A DNA stretch of 27,962 bases from a virus (Duplodnaviria > Caudoviricetes): IMG/VR virus record IMGVR_UViG_3300038393_000379, positions 1-27,962 of that record; one strand, 5' to 3'. Under the pieces are notes generated by a model that saw nothing but the letters and a program-made list of their open reading frames with translations, was not told the DNA's origin and did no database searches. Position numbers and translations under genes: made by a program. Shown here piece after piece: positions 1 through 6,368 of this stretch (position 1 is the stretch's first letter; each line of letters starts with the position of its first letter).

Positions 1-125
1 TGCACCCGGTCGGTAAGGGCGCACTGCGCGGGCCCAGTCACTACGCGCGCAGGCGCGAACGGCCCACTGAGGATCGAGACCCTCCGGTAGCAGTGCACGC
101 AGGCGATGCAGAGCGGCGCGCTCAT
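1..125 (-). CDS. Small Cys-rich early phage protein (partial, runs off left edge)
   Basis: ATG at 125 overlaps the stop of the upstream gene (ATGA). Manual translation MSAPLCIACVHCYRRVSILSGPFAPARVVTGPAQCALTDRV..., open to the window edge. Confidence 0.55.
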   Translation of the reverse strand, partial: MSAPLCIACVHCYRRVSILSGPFAPARVVTGPAQCALTDRV

Positions 126-367
126 GGTGCACCGCTGACGCGGGCGAGGGCGGCAGCGAGGCGGCGATCAGCGCCGAGCGTGTAGCCGAGCGGGCCGTTG
201 CCGGTGAGGCGTGCAAACTTCGCCGCCTCGATCAGCTCAGCCACGGCGGCGCGAGCCTCCAAAAGCTCGGCGTGACCTTCTTCGCCAAACCACTCGCGCC
301 GCTCGTCGTCACTAACTCCGATGAGTCCGCCGAAGAAGGCCAGCACGTCCACCGGCTGCGCGCTCAT
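122..367 (-). CDS. Hypothetical early phage protein (81 aa)
   Basis: C-terminal part of track ORF 122..499. Start MSAQPVDVLA at 367 is ATGA-coupled to 364..654. Confidence 0.7.
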   Translation of the reverse strand: MSAQPVDVLAFFGGLIGVSDDERREWFGEEGHAELLEARAAVAELIEAAKFARLTGNGPLGYTLGADRRLAAALARVSGAP

Positions 368-654
368 GCCCGCACCTCCGGCAGTCGCACCGGGCGCATC
401 GCCGTGACGCGCGCATCGCGGTAGAAGGCGAGGTAGCCGGTGCGGCGCATGCAGCGGCGCTGGTGCGCCAGCAGGTCGAGCGCATCGACCGGGGCCCACC
501 GCTTCCAGCCGGTGCCGCCGCAGTCGGTGCAGGCGACTGGCTCATCGCACTGCGGGTCGCCCAGCGCCGAACGGTTGATGGTCAGCTCGCCCGCGCCCTC
601 GCAGGTCGGGCAACGGCGGCAGGTCTTGGTGTTGCGGGCAGGCTTGCGGTGCAT
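364..654 (-). CDS. Small protein with DnaJ-type zinc-finger motifs; first gene of the leftward early operon
   Basis: Two CxxCxGxG motifs (CPTCEGAG, CTDCGGTG) and a GGAG RBS upstream on the minus strand. Confidence 0.75.
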   Translation of the reverse strand: MHRKPARNTKTCRRCPTCEGAGELTINRSALGDPQCDEPVACTDCGGTGWKRWAPVDALDLLAHQRRCMRRTGYLAFYRDARVTAMRPVRLPEVRA

Positions 655-694
655 CCCCTGACTCCTGCCGGTGTGAATTGCCCGGCTTGGAGTA

Positions 695-751
695 AAAGTA
701 GCACAGCTAATTCACGAAAGAACAGCGGAGCTAATATTTCCGACGAACGGT
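695..751 (-). promoter_or_regulatory. OL/PL region: two 15-bp operators, extended -10 and a 12-bp upstream box
   Basis: Imperfect palindromes AGTAGCACAGCTAAT (697-711) and AACAGCGGAGCTAAT (721-735), 24 bp apart. Minus-strand TGC-TACTTT (-10 at 700-695). ACCGTTCGTCGG on the minus strand at 751-740. Confidence 0.75.
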
Positions 752-784
752 AGGGGCAGGCGTGAGCCCGCCGGACGTCTGGGG

Positions 785-1081
785 TCAGTCGCCTAGGATG
801 CGCCTGGCTTGTGGGCAGCCGAAGCGGATCGACTGCAATTGATGGCGGGACTCGTGGGCGACCCGGCCGTTCTCATCAACCTGAGCCCGCAGCATGGCGA
901 TCTCGGCACGCAGCTGCGCATGTTCGCGGAGTAGGGCGCGCAACTCGCCGCGCTCGACTTCGCTAAATGGGGGCTCAAACGGCGCGAGGCGATCACGCCG
1001 CTCGCCGATAACAACGACATTAGCGTCCGGTGCGGCGGATGGTGCGTGGTGCGGTGGGTCGGACAGCTGGCGGTTCGGCAT
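785..1081 (-). CDS. Coiled-coil protein downstream of, and overlapping, the repressor gene (98 aa)
   Basis: AAGGGGA RBS before ATG 1081 (MPNRQLSD...). Heptad-like ELRALLREHAQLRAEIAMLRAQVDE. Confidence 0.65.
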   Translation of the reverse strand: MPNRQLSDPPHHAPSAAPDANVVVIGERRDRLAPFEPPFSEVERGELRALLREHAQLRAEIAMLRAQVDENGRVAHESRHQLQSIRFGCPQARRILGD

Positions 1082-1622
1082 GGGTTCCCCTTCGTGCGTC
1101 GACTTCTCTGACGAATTCGTCATTGTGCTGCTTCGTCAGGCGACCCCCGTCGGCCGCTACCCGAGCCCAAAGCTCAAGGAATCGGTCAGTTTCCGCCTGG
1201 GCTGTGTATTCCCCGGCGTGCATCCTGTCGTAGGCAAGCAGTGTTAACGTTTCGTGGAGAATGACGCGATCGGGTTGCGCCGGCTGAGACGCCGTCGAAT
1301 CTTTTACGGGATATTCACTCGGCGTTGATGGTGCTGTTAACGCATTCACGCCCTCGGCTTGCTGTTCAGGCAAATCGTGACGAATGGCACTCTCGGGGCA
1401 ACCCAGCTGTCGAGCAAAGAAGCGGACCGCCCGATAGTTCAAGGCGATCTTGCCGGTCATGTATTGACTTATGAGGCTCTGATTCGCGTCGCCCGGGAAC
1501 GCATCCGCGAGCGCCTGCTGTGTCGGCCGTCGCTCTTTGGGGATCGCGAGCCATAGGGCTTTGAGCCTGGCCGCTGCTTCGCGGTCGGCGCCGGTGATGT
1601 TCCGGGCAGACGGTTTCCCCAT
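1020..1622 (-). CDS. cI: CI-like prophage repressor (Cro/CI HTH, no S24 peptidase domain)
   Basis: HTH TQQALADAFPGDANQSLISQYMTGKIALN; divergent from cro and flanked by operators. Start is probably 1622 or 1631, because the track start at 1721 would overlap the operators and cro. Confidence 0.85.
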   Translation of the reverse strand: MGKPSARNITGADREAAARLKALWLAIPKERRPTQQALADAFPGDANQSLISQYMTGKIALNYRAVRFFARQLGCPESAIRHDLPEQQAEGVNALTAPSTPSEYPVKDSTASQPAQPDRVILHETLTLLAYDRMHAGEYTAQAETDRFLELWARVAADGGRLTKQHNDEFVREVDARRGTHAEPPAVRPTAPRTIRRTGR

Positions 1623-1640
1623 GTCGTCCATTGTCGGCTG

Positions 1641-1699
1641 ACCGTTCATCGGAAAGCGAACAGCGGGGCTGTTGGGGATAGAAGTAGCTGTGCTAATGT
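1641..1699 (+). promoter_or_regulatory. OR/PR region: two 15-bp operators, extended -10 and a 12-bp upstream box
   Basis: AACAGCGGGGCTGTT (1659-1673) and AGTAGCTGTGCTAAT (1683-1697), 24 bp apart. TGC-TAATGT (-10 at 1694-1699). ACCGTTCATCGG at 1641-1652. Confidence 0.75.
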
Positions 1700-1707
1700 C
1701 AACGCCC

Positions 1708-1962
1708 ATGAACCTGCTCACCTATCGCGAGACCCACGGGCTGACCCAGGCGGCCATCGCCGAAATGCTCATTGCCGCCGGCTACGAGGGAGTGAATCAA
1801 AGCCTCGTCTCCCAATGGGAACGGGGCGCGCTCGATATCTCGGCCGAGTGGTGCAAGCGCCTCGAGATCGTGACGAAAGGGGAATGCACGCGCCTCGACA
1901 ACCGCCCGGACCTGTTCGGTCCGCTGATGCCGTCGCGCGGGAAGCGTCGAAACAAGTCCTGA
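1708..1962 (+). CDS. cro: Cro-like HTH regulator (84 aa)
   Basis: LTQAAIAEML...VNQSLVSQWERG HTH with an RPDLFG C-terminal motif typical of Cro/YdaS-like proteins; divergent from cI. Confidence 0.85.
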   Translation: MNLLTYRETHGLTQAAIAEMLIAAGYEGVNQSLVSQWERGALDISAEWCKRLEIVTKGECTRLDNRPDLFGPLMPSRGKRRNKS

Positions 1963-1965
1963 CAT

Positions 1966-1996
1966 AGCCCGGCCTTGGAGAGGGTCGGGTTTTTTT
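1966..1996 (+). terminator. Intrinsic terminator after cro (tR1-like)
   Basis: Stem GCCCGGCCTT/AGGGTCGGGT with a GGAG loop, followed by a T run. Confidence 0.75.
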
Positions 1997-2008
1997 AGCA
2001 GCGTCCTT

Positions 2009-2026
2009 GTCCCACGCCGTCCCACG
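2009..2026. promoter_or_regulatory. Direct repeat with 10-bp period, candidate CII-binding (PRE-like) site
   Basis: GTCCCACG at 2009-2016 and 2019-2026, between cro and the cII-like gene, where lambdoid PRE lies. Confidence 0.45.
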
Positions 2027-2060
2027 ACGGGGGACACCCGGAAAACAAAGGGGGTTTTCC

Positions 2061-2489
2061 ATGAAACAGGTCATTCGACGCGCGCCAGAAGAAGCGTTGC
2101 GCGCCAGCGTCGACGCGCTCGGCGGACTGCAGGAGGTCGGACATGCGCTCAAGGGCGCCGACTCCGATCCGGTGCTCGCCGGTCAGTGGTTGTCACACTG
2201 CCTGACCGAATCGAAGCGCGACAAGCTTTCGCTGTCGCAGATTGTCCACGTTTTCAAGCGCGCGAGCGCCATCGGCGAGCACGACGGCTTCGCGATCTTT
2301 GCACTGCTGTGTGGCTACCAGGTGCAACCCATCGGCGTTGAGGCCCAGCTGGCCGAGGCCATGAAGGCAGCCGAGCAGGCGAGGGCGCAGGCCGAGGAGA
2401 CGGCTCGCAACCTGCAGACGCTGCTCGAGAACCCGAAGCTGCTGGCGACCATGCGCGCGGCGCACCTCAACGTAGAGGCCGCCGCATGA
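2061..2489 (+). CDS. CII-like regulatory protein (142 aa)
   Basis: Position after cro; helical HTH-like segment LAGQWLSHCLTESKRDKLSLSQIVHVF; AAGGGGG before ATG 2061. Confidence 0.6.
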   Translation: MKQVIRRAPEEALRASVDALGGLQEVGHALKGADSDPVLAGQWLSHCLTESKRDKLSLSQIVHVFKRASAIGEHDGFAIFALLCGYQVQPIGVEAQLAEAMKAAEQARAQAEETARNLQTLLENPKLLATMRAAHLNVEAAA

Positions 2490-2884
2490 GCGCGCAGCTG
2501 GCGATCGACTTCGACGTCGCCCGCGCTGCTCGCGACGAGGGAATGGGGCGTGCCGCTGACCATGCCGAGCGTGTGCAGGGCGGCTGGAAGGATGCCGCTT
2601 TTGCATTTCTCGTGCGTTATGCCGGCCAGCATGCCCGCTTCATCAGCGAGGAGGCGACGCAGGCGGCCGAGGCGCTCGGCTACGGGGCGCCTACTGATTC
2701 GCGCGCATGGGGCGCCATCTTTCAGCGCGCAGCGCGCGAGGGCGTCATCCGTCGCGATGGGTTCGGGATTAGCAAGCGTCGACACCTGAGCCCGACGCCG
2801 ATGTGGGTTTCTTGCGTGGCCGCCGGCGCGCAGGACGCAGCTCCGCAGGCGAACCCTGCCAACGTCAAGGTCGCGGCAGCGTGA
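2486..2884 (+). CDS. Hypothetical phage protein, possibly winged-helix
   Basis: ATGA-coupled 132-aa ORF in the early right operon (ARDEGMGRAADHA...DSRAWGAIFQRAAREGVI). Confidence 0.75.
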   Translation: MSAQLAIDFDVARAARDEGMGRAADHAERVQGGWKDAAFAFLVRYAGQHARFISEEATQAAEALGYGAPTDSRAWGAIFQRAAREGVIRRDGFGISKRRHLSPTPMWVSCVAAGAQDAAPQANPANVKVAAA

Positions 2885-3663
2885 GCGTCGAAGCCATCAC
2901 CTGGGCGCTCCGGCAGCCGGTGAAGCCGTCGTCGACAAAGTTCGTCCTCGTCGTCCTCGCCAACTGTGCGAGCGGCGACACGTTCCTCGCGTATCCCTCG
3001 ATTCCGTACCTCGCCGAGGCCACCGGGCAGGATCGCAAGACGGTGCTGGCCAACCTCGCGAAGCTCCGCGAGTGGGGGCTTATCGAGGACACCGGCAAGC
3101 GTGCCGGCGCTACGAAGCAAGTCATCGTCTACCGCGTGCGCTGCGGTGGCGATCTATTCGGCGAAGGAGCCCAAAACAGGAACAGTTCCGAAAACGGAAC
3201 AGTTCCGAAATCCACCGGAAACAGGCCCAATTTTCCCGCGGAACAGGCCCAAAAACGGGACACGGAAACGTCAGGAACCGTCAATAACCAAACAGCTGGT
3301 GCCGCACGCGGCACCCGCCTGCCGAAGGACTGGGAACCGAGCGCCGAAGACAAGGCCTACGCGACCGACCACGGCGTCGCCTGGAAGGCGCAGGCCGAAG
3401 CGTTCGCGGATTACTGGCACGCCGCGCCCGGCCAGAAAGGCGTGAAGGTCGACTGGGCTGCCACATGGCGCACCTGGGTGCGGCGCTCCCCGAAGTCTGC
3501 ATCCGGCCCCGCCGCCGCGCCCTACGTCCCCAGCCCGCACCCGCGCGCCCCCGATGTGATGGCGAAGTCGCGCGCCGCCAATCCCGTAGACCCGACGAAG
3601 CACATCGCGGACGTGCTCGCGCAGATCGGCGGCCGGGTCGCAACCGAGGACACCGAAGCATGA
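2881..3663 (+). CDS. Replication initiator (lambda O-like role): N-terminal HTH, C-terminal DnaT-like region
   Basis: GTG 2881 overlaps the previous stop. KFVLVVLANCA...AYPSIPYLAEATGQDRKTV winged helix, internal iterons, and C-terminal RGTRLPKDW...FADYW...DWAATWRTWVRR. Confidence 0.85.
   Translation: MSVEAITWALRQPVKPSSTKFVLVVLANCASGDTFLAYPSIPYLAEATGQDRKTVLANLAKLREWGLIEDTGKRAGATKQVIVYRVRCGGDLFGEGAQNRNSSENGTVPKSTGNRPNFPAEQAQKRDTETSGTVNNQTAGAARGTRLPKDWEPSAEDKAYATDHGVAWKAQAEAFADYWHAAPGQKGVKVDWAATWRTWVRRSPKSASGPAAAPYVPSPHPRAPDVMAKSRAANPVDPTKHIADVLAQIGGRVATEDTEA
3170..3270. repeat. Iteron cluster / phage replication origin inside the initiator gene
   Basis: GGAACAGTTCCGAAA at 3179-3193 and 3196-3210; AACAGGCCCAA at 3220-3230 and 3242-3252; A-rich relative to the flanks. 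Confidence 0.75.
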
Positions 3664-3911
3664 GCGCCATCCGCTACCCGATTCCGACCGTTCGCGAAGT
3701 GCTCGACGCCTTCCCGCGGGCTCACGAGGTCACGATCAAGCAGATTCGCGATCGCTTCGGGTGCAGCTATCACAGCGGCCGCGAATTGCGCGACCTGGTC
3801 GTGGACATCGCCCGCCGGACTGGCTCCGATCGCGTCGCGAGCGTGATGCGCGAACACCGCATGTCCGAGGTCGAGGCGCGCGACTTCATTGCCATGGAGT
3901 TGGCCGCATGA
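3660..3911 (+). CDS. Small hypothetical protein, possible HTH (83 aa)
   Basis: ATGA-coupled; TIKQIRDRFGCSYHSGRELRD resembles an HTH. Confidence 0.65.
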   Translation: MSAIRYPIPTVREVLDAFPRAHEVTIKQIRDRFGCSYHSGRELRDLVVDIARRTGSDRVASVMREHRMSEVEARDFIAMELAA

Positions 3912-4150
3912 AGCGCCGCCATTCCATCACGCCGACCGATGCGGGCAAGCCGCTGCTGGCAAACCCCGCATGGTCGTACAGCCCGCCCGAGCGCAAGCGC
4001 ATCACCGTCGAGGTGATCAACGACGACGGCGAAATCGAGCGCCGACGAATCGACGTGGTCGAAGTCGACGCGACGGTGCTGACGAGCGTCACCGCGCACA
4101 ACGTAGCGGCGGAGAAGTGCGGCAACGGCCGCGGATGGGGGCGGGGATGA
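3908..4150 (+). CDS. Hypothetical protein (80 aa)
   Basis: ATGA-coupled at both ends, GGAG RBS; MKRRHSITPTD... Confidence 0.65.
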   Translation: MKRRHSITPTDAGKPLLANPAWSYSPPERKRITVEVINDDGEIERRRIDVVEVDATVLTSVTAHNVAAEKCGNGRGWGRG

Positions 4151-4317
4151 ATCTTTGTAGGGTTGGCCTGCATCGCTGGCGTCGCGTCTATCGCTGGTGC
4201 TTCGAGACGACTACTCAGGTTAGTTCGCTGCTCGGTCATTTCGCGTTTCCGAGTGGCCCTGGTTGGGTTCGCGACGGCAAGCGCTGCCGACGCTGCGGCA
4301 AGCGGAGGCGCGGATGA
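4147..4317 (+). CDS. Small putative Zn-binding prophage protein (56 aa)
   Basis: ATGA-coupled; LCRVGLHRW...CRRCGK (C-x4-H...CxxC). Confidence 0.65.
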   Translation: MNLCRVGLHRWRRVYRWCFETTTQVSSLLGHFAFPSGPGWVRDGKRCRRCGKRRRG

Positions 4318-4730
4318 AGCAGCAGTTCCATGTGGAACGTCGCGAGGCGACCGACTGGCAGGAGTCCGGCCGCGAGCCGATGAGTCGCCAGCAACAGAAG
4401 CTGCTGAACGCTGCGTGTGGCGACCTCGCCGAGCAGCTGCGCTGGCACGGGATCCGTTTCAGCAAGGACGATTATCGCCACCTGCTGTCTGCGGTCGTGC
4501 TGGGCGAGCGCCTTGTGCCTGGCGTCAACACCGGCGAAGGCCCGCCTGGGCTGGTGCGCATGTCGCGGTCGAGCTTGGAGCTGTCGAAGTCGGACGCGAC
4601 CAAGGCGATCCGCATGGCCTTCGATATCGGCGACTACCCGCAGGACCAGGGGATTCCGGCGCGCGCCGTGCGCTGGTGCGAGGTGATCGTGAAAGCGCGC
4701 TGGTTCGTCGACGAGGCCGCCGCCGCATGA
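4314..4730 (+). CDS. ninB: NinB/Orf-like recombination protein
   Basis: SRQQQKLLNAACGDLAEQLRWHG...VPG...SSLELSK...VRW follows the NinB family pattern; nin-region position. Confidence 0.65.
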   Translation: MKQQFHVERREATDWQESGREPMSRQQQKLLNAACGDLAEQLRWHGIRFSKDDYRHLLSAVVLGERLVPGVNTGEGPPGLVRMSRSSLELSKSDATKAIRMAFDIGDYPQDQGIPARAVRWCEVIVKARWFVDEAAAA

Positions 4731-5107
4731 ACCCAGAGCTCCGCGACTTCGCCATCCGTGAGATCGGTTGCATCGCCTCGGCACTGTGGGCCGAGCGCAT
4801 GGGCATCCGCCGCGGCCCGGTGCCGTGCGAGAAGCACCATCTGAACGAAGGCGACCAGCCGGGACGCAAGCGCCGAGGCGAGAAGGAAACGGTAGGCCTG
4901 AGCGAATGGTCGCACCGCGGCATCTGCATGTGCGCGCCGTTGCGCGTGCAGACCGACTGCCCGGAATGCAAAGCAGAGTATGGACCGAGCTGGTGGCACC
5001 ACAAGCGGGAATTTATCCAGACATTCGGCGACGGCGACACGCTGCTCGCCGAGCAGAACCGCCGCATCCGCGCGTGGCACATGGGTGGCGTGGTGGTGTT
5101 CCCGTGA
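4727..5107 (+). CDS. Ref-like / HNH-fold nuclease with altered Zn ligands (126 aa)
   Basis: IGCIAS...EKHHL...GLSEWSHRG...YGPS...FIQTFG..DTLLAEQN matches the layout of Ref-like prophage nucleases. Confidence 0.65.
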   Translation: MNPELRDFAIREIGCIASALWAERMGIRRGPVPCEKHHLNEGDQPGRKRRGEKETVGLSEWSHRGICMCAPLRVQTDCPECKAEYGPSWWHHKREFIQTFGDGDTLLAEQNRRIRAWHMGGVVVFP

Positions 5108-5406
5108 GGCGTGCCGCCCGCCGCGACGGCAATCACAACGAAGTCGTCGATCGCTTCCGCGCGCTGGGCTGTTCGGTGTTCGAGACGGATCGGGTGGGCG
5201 AGGGGTTTCCGGACCTGGTCGTCGGCTGCCTCGGCGTGAATCACCTGGTCGAGGTCAAGAACCCTGAAACGCGCTACGGCCGGCAGGGGCTCAACAACGG
5301 ACAGACGTTGTTCGACGCCGCGTGGCGCGGCGCGCGGGTGTGGCTGGTGTGTTCGGTCGATGAGGCCACGGTGGTGGTGCAGAACTGGCGACGGGGGAAG
5401 CCATGA
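5104..5406 (+). CDS. VRR-NUC-like PD-(D/E)XK nuclease, putative Holliday junction resolvase
   Basis: GFPDLVVG...LVEVK...LNNGQ catalytic motif; GTG start overlapping the previous stop. Confidence 0.8.
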   Translation: MRRAARRDGNHNEVVDRFRALGCSVFETDRVGEGFPDLVVGCLGVNHLVEVKNPETRYGRQGLNNGQTLFDAAWRGARVWLVCSVDEATVVVQNWRRGKP

Positions 5407-5948
5407 CGGACAACGAGCTCGAGGAACTGCTCCGCCAGTGGGGCGCGCTGAGCAAATACACCGAGGCGCGGAAGGAGGGGGCCAGCGACTTCCATGCGCT
5501 GCAGCGCGCGCGGGAGTTTGCGCCGGGAACCCGCGCCCGCGCGGCGATGCGCCTGGTTGGGCGCGATGGCCACGACCGCCGCAAGCTCATGGCGCGCGAG
5601 CTCGGCGCGTGCGGCGTGCGCCTGGTGCCGATGGATTACGTCGACCCGGTCAAAGGCAGCGATTCGCGCAAGGGTGGTGGCGTCAGCAGCTGCCCCGCGC
5701 GCGATGACACGCCGCCGCACCTGCGCCCGGTGGCGGCAGCGGCGCTGCACCTGTACCGCGTCGACACGCTCAAGGGGCTGTGCCTGCGGCAGGAGTATTG
5801 CGGCTACGGCTCGCAGTCGGACAAGGCGGATCGGGTGAGCCTAGCGATGGAGTCGCCGGTCGGGCTGCGCATGTACCGCGAGGCGCTTGCGCATGCGCGT
5901 GGGTGGATGCAGGCCCGACTTACCATGCAATTGTCGGTTGCCTCTTGA
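5403..5948 (+). CDS. Putative late-gene regulator (Q-like antiterminator)
   Basis: Last early gene, directly followed by a promoter, terminator and lysis genes. N-terminal LEELLRQWG and a C-terminal helical DNA-binding-like segment. Confidence 0.6.
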   Translation: MTDNELEELLRQWGALSKYTEARKEGASDFHALQRAREFAPGTRARAAMRLVGRDGHDRRKLMARELGACGVRLVPMDYVDPVKGSDSRKGGGVSSCPARDDTPPHLRPVAAAALHLYRVDTLKGLCLRQEYCGYGSQSDKADRVSLAMESPVGLRMYREALAHARGWMQARLTMQLSVAS

Positions 5949-5975
5949 CGTGATGACATCGTGAGTGGTAGAAAT
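5945..5975 (+). promoter_or_regulatory. Late promoter (PR'-like)
   Basis: TTGACG (5945-5950), 18-bp spacer ending TGG, then TAGAAA(T) at 5969-5975. Confidence 0.6.
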
Positions 5976-5984
5976 TGGTCACTG

Positions 5985-6190
5985 TCAAAAATTGCCTCCG
6001 AGAAATGCGGAGGCAGTCGATATCACGATCGGCGGCACGAGCGGGAAACCGCTTAGAGCGATCCGGGAAGGAGATAGACCGCAAGGCCTTTCCCCGTAGT
6101 GCGGACAGGTTGTATCGGGCCACGCCTAGGCCAGCACCGCACAAGGCGAACACTTCGAGACCCCGGCCAAAAGCCGGGGTTTCTTCGTTT
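5985..6190 (+). ncRNA. Candidate structured PR'-tR' leader RNA (~200 nt)
   Basis: Stems 5991-6017, 6039-6054 (GAAA loop), 6065-6094 (GCAA loop) and 6099-6142, ending at a terminator; no credible ORF. Confidence 0.45.
6157..6190 (+). terminator. Intrinsic terminator (tR'-like)
   Basis: GAGACCCCGGC-CAAAA-GCCGGGGTTTC followed by TTCGTTT. Confidence 0.8.
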
Positions 6191-6240
6191 CCGGCTGTCC
6201 AGTCGGGAAATCGCCGTCGCGGGGCGCTACCCGGACGGCC

Positions 6241-6352
6241 GCCGGCCACGCCTCCTAGCTCCGGGCGTTGGCCGGCACCTCCCCTGTGGATCGGACTCTC
6301 TCCCCGGTCCATTCGGCGCCCGTTCTTCCCTGGGACGGGCGCCATCTTTTCT
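6241..6352 (+). ncRNA. Candidate three-hairpin RNA with C/U-rich loops, ending in a terminator-like hairpin
   Basis: Hairpins 6241-6276, 6287-6311 and 6315-6343; loops and linker TCCTAGCTCC, ACCTCCCC, ACTCTCTCC, TTCCCT; T-rich tail. Confidence 0.4.
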
Positions 6353-6368
6353 TCCGAGGTCGACCTGC

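Noticed and set aside
3170-3270. Short repeats as a mini-CRISPR or novel repeat element
   Set aside because: No unique spacers; position within the initiator gene fits standard iterons.
5990-6150. c-di-GMP riboswitch in the late leader (tempting given the GGDEF domain and the GAAA/GCAA loops)
   Set aside because: I cannot match the class I consensus (GGCAAAC...GAAA...GACGCAAAG) or class II by eye; retained only as an unknown structured RNA.
6241-6352. Minus-strand RsmY/RsmZ-like GGA-loop sponge RNA
   Set aside because: G-U pairs and the T-tail fit the plus strand; on the minus strand these become A-C mismatches.
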